Assembly: GCA_016342755.1 (NCBI GenBank)
Contig: JAEINS010000018.1
Location: 19,279 to 83,278 of the forward strand
From: Melioribacteraceae bacterium
GTDB lineage: Bacteria > Bacteroidota > Ignavibacteria > Ignavibacteriales > Melioribacteraceae
Direction of reading: 5' to 3'
Length of the DNA: 64,000 nucleotides
A program made the translations under genes and the position numbers. This document shows positions 56,185 to 64,000 of this stretch, one piece after another. Numbering within the stretch: position 1 is the first letter of the stretch; each line of letters begins with the position of its first letter. The notes beneath the pieces are model-generated. The model saw only the letters and a program-made list of their open reading frames with translations. It had not been told where the DNA came from and made no database searches.

Positions 56185-57354
56185 ATGAGCGAACAACAGA
56201 CTAATACATATTTTGCGCCCGCCGAAAGAAGTTCAGAAGAAAAGCTAAAAGATCAGATTAATAGCTTTAACACTTCTGCAATTCTTAGATCGCTAATGGA
56301 GGGAATTCCTGATCTTGTTTTAGTTCTGAATCAAAACAGACAAATTATAGCTGTTAATGAGAACGCCAGTTTTGTTTTTTTTGGCGTTGAATCTAAACAG
56401 GTTCTGGGTTTACGTGTCGGTGAAGCTTTAAAATGTCAATATTCAAATGTTATGGCAGGCGGATGCGGAACTTCTAAATTTTGCACGGTTTGCGGAGCTG
56501 TAATTGCAATGGAAAAAACCCGGGTTTCATCGGCTCCGGCAGAAGAAGAATGCAGAATTACAAGAGAACTTGACGGGAAAAACATCTCTCTCGATTTAAG
56601 AGTCAACTCAAAAATAGTCTCAGTAAACCAGGAAGAATTTATTCTTTTTCATATTAAAGATATTTCTAGTGAAAAAAGGAAAGATGTTCTTGAGCGTACG
56701 TTTTTCCACGATATTTTAAATACTGGAAGTGCAATTAAAGGTCTCGCAGAAATTCTTCCAAGTGTTGAAGATGTAAATGATATTGAAGAAATAGAAGAAG
56801 CTTTAATTACATCCGCTGATCAGTTGATTAGTGAAATACTGATGCAGCGCGAACTTACTTTAGCTGAAGACGGAAGATTAAAATTGAAGTTTGGATTATG
56901 CTCTGTTAACGAGATGCTTAAAAAATCTGAAAATGTATTTACAAATCATGAACTGGCAAAAAATAAAACTCTAATAGTTAGCTACTTAGAAAATGATATA
57001 AGTTTAATTTTAGATCAGACTGCAATTATAAGAAGCCTGATTAACTTAATTAAAAACGCTTTTGAAGCTTCTAACGAAGGACAAACAGTTTCAGTTATGT
57101 TTACTAAAGAAAACGATACTTTATTATTCAAAGTAAAAAATGAAACAGTTATTCCCGATAAAGTAAAGCTTCAGATTTTCCAGCGGTCTTTTTCAACAAA
57201 ACAAGGAAAAGGACGCGGAATTGGTACTTATAGTGTTAAATTAATGATAGAAAAATATCTTGAGGGTGATGTTAGTTTTATTTCGGATGATGAGCATAAA
57301 ACTATATTTACAATCAGTTTACCTGACAAATACGAGTTTAAGAAGCTGGACTAA
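56185..57354 (+). CDS. Cytoplasmic sensor histidine kinase with a PAS-like domain carrying a four-Cys motif
   Basis: PAS-like N-terminus with C-x9-C-x5-C-x2-C, H-box FFHDILN, and a GHKL ATPase (NLIKNAFEAS, GKGRGIGTYS). Confidence 0.8.
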   Translation: MSEQQTNTYFAPAERSSEEKLKDQINSFNTSAILRSLMEGIPDLVLVLNQNRQIIAVNENASFVFFGVESKQVLGLRVGEALKCQYSNVMAGGCGTSKFCTVCGAVIAMEKTRVSSAPAEEECRITRELDGKNISLDLRVNSKIVSVNQEEFILFHIKDISSEKRKDVLERTFFHDILNTGSAIKGLAEILPSVEDVNDIEEIEEALITSADQLISEILMQRELTLAEDGRLKLKFGLCSVNEMLKKSENVFTNHELAKNKTLIVSYLENDISLILDQTAIIRSLINLIKNAFEASNEGQTVSVMFTKENDTLLFKVKNETVIPDKVKLQIFQRSFSTKQGKGRGIGTYSVKLMIEKYLEGDVSFISDDEHKTIFTISLPDKYEFKKLD

Positions 57355-57449
57355 ATATGTTTACGTTTATAAAGCAACCATATTTGTTAAGTGCTTTAAT
57401 AAACTTTTATTATAATCTTTATTAATACTTTTTCAAATTTTGGTTATTT

Positions 57450-60400
57450 ATGAAACAAGCTGTACTTTTATTTTTATTCGTTTTACTGCTAAATACATAT
57501 TCTCAGGAATTGTTAGTAAAAGATTATTATGAACGCTCCGGACTTCCTTCACTTGCAACTTACGATATAGAACAAACAGCAGATAAATTTATCTGGATTT
57601 CTACGCCAACAGGAATCTACAAATATGACGGTTTTTTATGGAATAACCAGACCAACTCTTTAAACTTAAAATCAACTTCGTTTTTTAGAATCGGTCTCGA
57701 TAATAAAGGTTGTTTGTGGGGTCTTCCTATAATAACAAATTCTGAACTGGTTTTCTTTGACGGCAAAAAATGGAATAAATTTGATTCTCCGAATTTAAAA
57801 CTGTACGCAAATGAGTTCTCTGTAATAAATGATGAAAATGGAATTGAAATATTAATTTCAACTGTTGATAGTAAACTTTTGCATTTTAAGTCGGGTACCT
57901 GGGAACAAATAGATCTCCCAAGATTAAATTCAATAATTACTTCAAATATTATTCAGACTGATAAAGAATTTATGCTGTCGTTAAACGACGGAATTTATAA
58001 ACTTGTAAATTCTAAATTAGTTGCCCAGACAGAACTGAACGCAATTTTGCCTCATGATCCAATAATCCATTTAAAACAAATCTATAACAAAAAAGGTGAA
58101 CTGGAACTTTGGACTTTATCGGGAACCCGGATTGGAAAAATATCTAATAATAAATTTGATCTGATTAGTAACGATATAATGATACCGGAGAACCAGCCTC
58201 TTATTACCTCTTTTATTGAACCCGATAACTTAGGCAATGTTTATTTTGGAAATGCCAACGGACTTTATTCTTATCAATTAAATTCAGATACTCTTCGTAA
58301 AATTAGTTTCTCTGAAGAAGATCAGAGTAAAGGCGGCACTAGTTTAATAGTAGATCATGAAAAAAACATTTGGATTATTAATCTAAGAGAAATAAAAAAA
58401 TTCAGAGTATCCCCGTTTACTAATTATAATAGTGAAATTGGATTGCCTTCTAATGAAGTGGCTTCTATTTGCGTTTTAAAAGACGGAAGTAAAATACTTG
58501 GTCAAAACGGAAGTTTAAGTTTTATAGATGAATCGGGTATTGAAACAGTTTATTTTAAAAATGCCGGGAATAAAGTTGATATATCTACACGAATGATGGA
58601 TTATGCTTACGATTCTAATAATGACGCATGGATTTGTGTTACTGGTGTTGGAATTGCGAAAGTAAACGGTCAAACACCGGACTGGAAATTTCTTCACAAA
58701 GGAGAACATATACAGACAATTGCTATTGATACTAGTGATAACGTTTTTGTTGGAACTGAAAAAGGAGTAAGAATTCTTAGAGATAACAACCTGATACCCA
58801 TTACTCCTGACATTAAAAATATGGTTAGAAAAATTAAAATCCTTCCGGATAATTCACTTGCGGTCTGTACTGCCGGCAATGGATTATACATTTGGAAAAA
58901 CAATAGTTACGTACAATATAAAAGCAAAAATTTGTTAGGAAACAGCCTATATAATTTTTCCTATTCAAAAAAATATGGTTCACTTATAGCCGCAAAAGAT
59001 GGCATTTATCAGATACAAGATTCATTATTAACAAGATTTCCTTTAGACTATGTAGGAAATAGAGAACCGGTATATTCTATTAATATTGAAAAAGATTCCA
59101 TATTGTGGATTGGAACACACAAAGGTGTGGTTAAATATAACGGTAATTCTTTAAGATACTACAATCAATACAACGGTTTAGCCGGAGATGAAATAAATAG
59201 AAACGGGTTTGCCATTGATGATGACGGAAGTATATGGATTGGTACTCATAAAGGTGCTTCAAAATATTCCGCTAAGTACGATATAAACGACGATTACGCT
59301 CCTACTATTTTTATTTCATCTATAGAAAGCTCGAACGGCACTTTTGCAGATAATTTTGATAGTCTTGAATTTAACAAAAACGATGTGATTATTTTTAATT
59401 ATAGATGCCTTAGTTATATAGACGAAAGAAATAACAAGTTTATAGTTAATTTGTTAAACTCCGATGGATCTTTAGTTAATTCGGATACTACTTATAATAA
59501 TTCAGTAAAATTTGTCGCGTTAGCGGCTGGTAATTACAGACTGGAAATAGAATCCTTAAATCCGTTACATGTAAAAAGCAAAACTATAGCGTCGGTAAAT
59601 TTTTCAATAGAACAGCCATATTATTTAACCTGGTGGTTTATTCTAGCTTCTATAATTCTTTTTATAACGTTTGTATATTTAACGCAGGAATATTTTAATC
59701 AGAAAAAATATACTATTAAATTACAAAAAGAAGTTGCCCGGCAAACCAAAGAAATAAAGGAAAGTGAAAACAGACTTCATATTCTTTCGGAAACAACATT
59801 TGAAGGGATTGCAATTCTTAAAGCTGATGAAATTATACATGTTACCAGACAGTTAGCCGCAATGCTTAATTACAATACCGATGAACTTATTGGCAGCAAC
59901 ATTAGCAAAGTTTTAGCCGTTGATGCTATTAAGTTTATTAACAATGGCAGCTTAGATGGCGCAAAATCGGAACATATTGCCTGCCGGAAAGATAATAAAG
60001 AATTTGAAGTTGAACTTAGAAGACGAAATATTGTTTTTAACGGTCTTGATGCAAAGGCTGTTGTATTTAGGGATATCTCAGAAATTAAATCTATTCAAAA
60101 ATCATTAATTGAAGCAAAAAACAGAGCTGAAAGATCGGAAGAATTAAAGACCGAATTCCTGGCACAAATGTCGCACGAAATCAGAAGTCCTATGAATACG
60201 GTTCTAAACTTTGCCAATCTGCTTAAAGAAGAAATTAATAAAAAGGAATATGATGATTATTTCGAGTCGATGTCAATTGCCGGTAAAAGAATTGTAAGAA
60301 CAATTAATCTTATACTCGATATGTCGCAGATTCAGACTGGTACTTATGAACCAATTTATAAGAAGTTCGATATCTTTGAAAGAGTTATAGAACATTTATA

Positions 60401-60809
60401 CAGAGAATATAAATTAACAGCCACTAACAAAGGGCTTCAGTTAATTCTTATAAAAAAATCTGATAATAATATTATTTATGCCGATCAATATACAATTGAG
60501 CAGGTTATTCAAAATCTGCTGGATAATGCCATAAAATATACTTTAAAAGGAAAGATAGAAATTATACTTTCGAGAACTAAAGAAGATAATTTACAACTAG
60601 AAATAACTGATACAGGAATTGGAATAGCGAAAGAATATATTCCAACATTATTTGATCCTTTTACACAGGAAGAACAGGGCTATTCCAGAAGTTTTGAAGG
60701 TAACGGACTTGGACTTGCACTGGTAAAAAACTACTGTAATCTTAATAAAGCTGATATTTCTGTTAAAAGTAAAAAGGATAAGGGAACTACTTTTACAATA
60801 AAATTTTAG
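57450..60809 (+). CDS. Sensor histidine kinase: periplasmic beta-propeller repeats + Y_Y_Y-type domain, TM helix, PAS, HisKA/HATPase (paralog of 52814-55939)
   Basis: Signal peptide, propeller blades, TM helix WWFILASIILFITFVYL, a PAS domain, H-box FLAQMSHEIRSP, and N/G boxes. Confidence 0.85.
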   Translation: MKQAVLLFLFVLLLNTYSQELLVKDYYERSGLPSLATYDIEQTADKFIWISTPTGIYKYDGFLWNNQTNSLNLKSTSFFRIGLDNKGCLWGLPIITNSELVFFDGKKWNKFDSPNLKLYANEFSVINDENGIEILISTVDSKLLHFKSGTWEQIDLPRLNSIITSNIIQTDKEFMLSLNDGIYKLVNSKLVAQTELNAILPHDPIIHLKQIYNKKGELELWTLSGTRIGKISNNKFDLISNDIMIPENQPLITSFIEPDNLGNVYFGNANGLYSYQLNSDTLRKISFSEEDQSKGGTSLIVDHEKNIWIINLREIKKFRVSPFTNYNSEIGLPSNEVASICVLKDGSKILGQNGSLSFIDESGIETVYFKNAGNKVDISTRMMDYAYDSNNDAWICVTGVGIAKVNGQTPDWKFLHKGEHIQTIAIDTSDNVFVGTEKGVRILRDNNLIPITPDIKNMVRKIKILPDNSLAVCTAGNGLYIWKNNSYVQYKSKNLLGNSLYNFSYSKKYGSLIAAKDGIYQIQDSLLTRFPLDYVGNREPVYSINIEKDSILWIGTHKGVVKYNGNSLRYYNQYNGLAGDEINRNGFAIDDDGSIWIGTHKGASKYSAKYDINDDYAPTIFISSIESSNGTFADNFDSLEFNKNDVIIFNYRCLSYIDERNNKFIVNLLNSDGSLVNSDTTYNNSVKFVALAAGNYRLEIESLNPLHVKSKTIASVNFSIEQPYYLTWWFILASIILFITFVYLTQEYFNQKKYTIKLQKEVARQTKEIKESENRLHILSETTFEGIAILKADEIIHVTRQLAAMLNYNTDELIGSNISKVLAVDAIKFINNGSLDGAKSEHIACRKDNKEFEVELRRRNIVFNGLDAKAVVFRDISEIKSIQKSLIEAKNRAERSEELKTEFLAQMSHEIRSPMNTVLNFANLLKEEINKKEYDDYFESMSIAGKRIVRTINLILDMSQIQTGTYEPIYKKFDIFERVIEHLYREYKLTATNKGLQLILIKKSDNNIIYADQYTIEQVIQNLLDNAIKYTLKGKIEIILSRTKEDNLQLEITDTGIGIAKEYIPTLFDPFTQEEQGYSRSFEGNGLGLALVKNYCNLNKADISVKSKKDKGTTFTIKF

Positions 60810-61049
60810 TTATATTACCTGGCAATTGCAGTACATTTCCGAATATCTATATGTTCTAATATAGACTATTAACACCCTGAAATATTGTATCCGGCAACTC
60901 TCCTCTTTCAGAGAATAACTTAACTTAGCCTGGAGGCAGATATTAAAAAAATCATTCTATTTTCATTTTTATTCTCTTTTTTAACAATTTCCATAAATGG
61001 TCAGGAAACTATTCAAAAACAATTATTTGATGAAGCTGACCTGCTGCTT

Positions 61050-62390
61050 ATGGAAGCCCAAAACGCCGAAGCGGAATTATACTCGCCACAAACTTTTAAA
61101 AAGGCGTTTCAATTTTATACAACATCAAAAAACAAATTAAAAGAAGGGGGAAATCTTACAGACATACGCGATGAGATTGATCAATCGGAAAAACTATTTC
61201 TTGAAGCGATAAAATTTACAAAACTTGCAAAAGTATCGTTTAAAGATTTAATACAAAACAGAGCCGATGCAATAAGTGTAGTTTCTGAAACCCACGCAAA
61301 AGAAAAATGGTCCGCGGCAGAAGAGAAGTTTACCGAAGCAATGACGGAAATGGAAAATTATGAACTTGAAGATGCTAAAGAAACTGCCGGTGAAGCGGAA
61401 ACGGCTTATAGAACTGCTGAATTGAATGCAATTGAAGTCAGTTTAATTGGTCCGGCCGAAAAGTATCTGCAGACTGCAATTGAAATGGACGCGGCTGATA
61501 ATGTACCTAAAACATTAGCCAAGGCACAAAGAAGCATTGATGAAGTTACAAAACTGTTAAGCGAAAACAGATACGATAGCGGCAACAGTGTTACACTGGC
61601 GCGAAATGCCATTATAAACGCAAAACATGCACTTAACCTTACAAAACTAATAAACTCGCTTAAAGAAAATGATACTCCTATTGAGGACGTACTTCTTGAA
61701 AATGAAAAACAACTCTGGATAATTGCAAATAAAATGGATCTTAATGTAAACTTTGCTGAAGGAAGTCAGGTACCAAGAGAACAGATTTTAGCCGGAATTA
61801 CCAATTTACAATCCTTAAATTCTGAACAATCGGAATTAATTAAAACTAAAAACACCGAAATGCTGGGAATGCAGGGTAAGCTTCAGCAAATGAAAAACAC
61901 TATTGAAGAATACTCAACAGAACAACTATCGCTTCAGAAAAAAATTGAAGCCAAAAGAGACTTCGAAAATAAAATTTTGATGATTGGCAATAGATTTAAT
62001 AAAGATGAAGGCGAGGTTTTCCGCAGCGAAGAAAATGTGATTATAAGACTTTACGGATTAACTTTCCCGTCCGGTAAATCTGAAATTAAACCGGAGTTCT
62101 TTGGTTTGCTTAGAAAAGTTAAAAGCGGAATAAATGAATTTGATAATTGTAACGTTATAATTGAAGGTCATACTGATTCCAGAGGTAGCGATAAAATCAA
62201 CCAGCAATTATCAGAAAAAAGAGCAAATGCTGTTAGAGAGTATCTTTTAGCAAATACAAATTTAAGTGGAAGTGAAGTTACCGCAACAGGATTTGGAAAA
62301 ACTAAACCGGTAGCTAATAATGAAACTGAAGAAGGACGGGCAAAAAATAGAAGAATTGATGTAGTAATTAAACCAATTATTACAGAATAA
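61050..62390 (+). CDS. OmpA-family (peptidoglycan-binding) protein with a long helical N-terminal region
   Basis: C-terminal OmpA_C block NVIIEGHTDS.GS...N..LS.KRA.AV..YL........GFG...P.A.N.T.EGRA.NRR. The frame is open upstream to 60924, with an SD plus ATT at 60942 and a signal peptide (see findings). Confidence 0.85.
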   Translation: MEAQNAEAELYSPQTFKKAFQFYTTSKNKLKEGGNLTDIRDEIDQSEKLFLEAIKFTKLAKVSFKDLIQNRADAISVVSETHAKEKWSAAEEKFTEAMTEMENYELEDAKETAGEAETAYRTAELNAIEVSLIGPAEKYLQTAIEMDAADNVPKTLAKAQRSIDEVTKLLSENRYDSGNSVTLARNAIINAKHALNLTKLINSLKENDTPIEDVLLENEKQLWIIANKMDLNVNFAEGSQVPREQILAGITNLQSLNSEQSELIKTKNTEMLGMQGKLQQMKNTIEEYSTEQLSLQKKIEAKRDFENKILMIGNRFNKDEGEVFRSEENVIIRLYGLTFPSGKSEIKPEFFGLLRKVKSGINEFDNCNVIIEGHTDSRGSDKINQQLSEKRANAVREYLLANTNLSGSEVTATGFGKTKPVANNETEEGRAKNRRIDVVIKPIITE

Positions 62391-62403
62391 TTTTTATAAA
62401 AAA

Positions 62404-62426
62404 GGCATCAGACTGATGCCTTTTTT
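62404..62426 (+). terminator. Intrinsic terminator after the OmpA-family gene
   Basis: GGCATC-agact-GATGCC followed by TTTTTT. Confidence 0.7.
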
Positions 62427-62716
62427 ATTTTATAATACCGATTAATCATCCCTTAAACATTTTCACAATTCTAAAAAAAATACCGTTTTCTGATCAATAA
62501 CTTTATAACTGCCATCTTAAAAACCCCCGGATAACTCCCTGTGTAATTGAGTAACTTATAAAGTTTAAAAATGTTTTTTAAACTTTATTTCGTAAATTTT
62601 TCTGGCACAAACAGTTTTTTTTTTTTATAAATTTACACTAGCAAAAATAATGGGTAAATAATTGTACTCTTGGCAAGTGCTAATAAACTAACAACTTTTA
62701 CAGATACGAGGGTTTC

Positions 62717-63742
62717 ATGACTTCAAAAAAAACATTAATTATATTTTTAACTCTGATATTCACATCTCTTTTTCTTTTTAATTGTGAGGATAACCCTACT
62801 GAACCAGTTCCCGATCCTGGTAGAAGAGATTATGTATGGCAGGCAGATACCATACAAGTACCATTCTTTTATATTTACAGAATGTGGGGCAGCAGCCCAG
62901 AAGATGTTTGGGCAGTTGGACCTGGCGGAGCTCTTAGCACAACAATCTGGCATTATGATGGTGAAAGCTGGACAACCGATAATATAAGCAGAGGTGTAAT
63001 GCCAAGATGCATTTGGGGTACAGACAAAGACAATGTATGGATTGGCAGTAGCGAAAACAAAATATGGAATTATAACGGAACCAACTGGAGTGAGAATATT
63101 AAATTTGATGTAAGCAACGGAAACGGAATTTCTTTTGGAGATATCTGGGGAACTTCTGAAAATAATATATATGCAGTTGGCAGTTCTGGATATGGGGAAA
63201 ACCGAATAGCAACAATTGCCCATTACAATGGTAAAGAATGGGCTTTAATGGAATTCCCTGAAATTCATTATAATTTTGTTTTAATAAGAAAGGAGGATAA
63301 AACAAGTAGTAGTTATTTCTTATTAGGACATAGTGAACATAAAATGGCGCTATTTGAATTTGACGGAAAAGCTTTGAAACTAATTATTGAAAAAAATCAA
63401 ACATCAAATAGTGCTCTTGGTTTTGAAGAAATAAATGATGAACTGTTTTTTGTAATTGATAATACAATAAACAAATACCAAAACGGAGAATTTACATCAA
63501 TTATTGAAATTGAGAGTGAACATTTTTATGGCAGAATATTTGGTCGAAATAAAAAAGACATATTCTTAAGTATGAATAATGGGTTTGCTCATTTTAACGG
63601 CTCTGAAATAGAATATATTTGCAATTTTCGAAATGATATGTCAAGTGATATGATAGTATTTGACAAAGAAATATTTATTCTCTCAAATGATCTTTCAAAA
63701 GATTTAAATATAATATTTAGAGGTAAATACTTTAAAAATTAA
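62717..63742 (+). CDS. Hypothetical lipoprotein with beta-propeller-like repeats
   Basis: Lipobox LFNCE. Repeated (V/I)WAVG....I.HY(D/N)G..W-type blades. Confidence 0.6.
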   Translation: MTSKKTLIIFLTLIFTSLFLFNCEDNPTEPVPDPGRRDYVWQADTIQVPFFYIYRMWGSSPEDVWAVGPGGALSTTIWHYDGESWTTDNISRGVMPRCIWGTDKDNVWIGSSENKIWNYNGTNWSENIKFDVSNGNGISFGDIWGTSENNIYAVGSSGYGENRIATIAHYNGKEWALMEFPEIHYNFVLIRKEDKTSSSYFLLGHSEHKMALFEFDGKALKLIIEKNQTSNSALGFEEINDELFFVIDNTINKYQNGEFTSIIEIESEHFYGRIFGRNKKDIFLSMNNGFAHFNGSEIEYICNFRNDMSSDMIVFDKEIFILSNDLSKDLNIIFRGKYFKN

Positions 63743-63880
63743 AGGATAGTGCGGCAACACTATCCCAAGTTTATAAATAGACCAAGGCTGGTAACCTATA
63801 GAGATCGTTTTTAACGAACTAGGGCTATTTATGTTTAAAAATAAAGACAATTTTTTTTACAAAATCAATTCGGAGAAATT

Positions 63881-64000
63881 ATGAAACTTAAAATTTTTGT
63901 TTTATGCTTTATTTGTATATCAATGTTGTTTGCACAAAGGGAAGCCGATCCGTCTTCATTATCCCAAACAAATGCTTATTATAAAACAATCTTTTCGGAT
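63881..64000 (+). CDS. Secreted hypothetical protein, N-terminal fragment (continues beyond the window)
   Basis: GGAG lies 5 nt upstream of the ATG. Signal peptide MKLKIFVLCFICISMLFAQ. Confidence 0.5.
   Translation, partial: MKLKIFVLCFICISMLFAQREADPSSLSQTNAYYKTIFSD

Noticed and set aside
56005-56196. A 63-aa minus-strand ORF between the kinase genes.
   Set aside because: It covers the divergent promoter region, has no SD and has an implausible composition. Part of the same DNA is better explained as the N-terminal extension of the 52814-55939 kinase in another frame.
62603-62620. TGGCAC-aaaca-GTTTT upstream of the beta-propeller lipoprotein gene, considered as a sigma-54 promoter.
   Set aside because: There is no recognisable -12 element. 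It is followed only by a T-run.
1-64000. A search for CRISPR arrays, tRNA/rRNA genes, transposases, integrases, phage or toxin-antitoxin/defence modules.
   Set aside because: I saw no regularly spaced direct repeats and no tRNA-like cloverleaf candidates in the intergenic gaps. I saw no DDE, tyrosine-recombinase or serine-recombinase motifs in any ORF. This was a by-eye scan only, so tRNAscan/Infernal and a defence-system HMM scan would be needed for certainty.

Overview
This is an AT-rich chromosomal window with about 55 protein-coding genes. I recognised no rRNA, tRNA, CRISPR array, transposase or integrase. It probably comes from a diderm bacterium of the FCB superphylum, possibly Ignavibacteria-like. 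That inference rests on three T9SS-type C-terminal sorting domains carrying the NYPNPFNP motif and on frequent GGAG-type ribosome-binding sites.

Gene blocks, in order:
- rnhB (3' end), yraN and mlaEFD.
- A membrane/coiled-coil protein and a membrane class III nucleotidyl cyclase.
- An ArsR-controlled TolC/MFP/RND efflux operon with P-II-like and DUF2892 accessory genes.
- hsp20 and ispH.
- An ECF sigma / anti-sigma / CpxP-like operon.
- A ferredoxin / ferric-reductase-like cytochrome b / Tat-flavoprotein operon.
- A CotH / MFP-like / VTC (polyphosphate-polymerase domain) / DUF4956 / beta-helix lipoprotein cluster.
- T9SS cargo proteins (DUF1566, CotH-LTD, GH13 amylase), an Fe-ADH, an AraC regulator, outer-membrane proteins and DUF2202.
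- Housekeeping genes: TrmH, hemerythrin, GGGP-synthase family, gmhA, aconitase, FTCD.
- A sigma-like/FecR-like fusion, three orphan sensor kinases, an OmpA-family protein and a beta-propeller lipoprotein.

The most interesting signals:
1. A fixed-spacing ECF-type promoter motif (CAAGT, then CGTC exactly 20 nt downstream) occurs six times. It links the ECF sigma operon to the redox operon and to both CotH loci.
2. The CotH / MFP / VTC / DUF4956 / beta-helix cluster looks like an uncharacterised envelope polyphosphate-plus-kinase system.
3. Two secreted proteins appear to start at SD-preceded ATT codons.
4. The FTCD gene carries an insertion with C2H2-zinc-finger spacing.

All coordinates were counted by hand, and all family assignments come from motif recognition rather than database searches.
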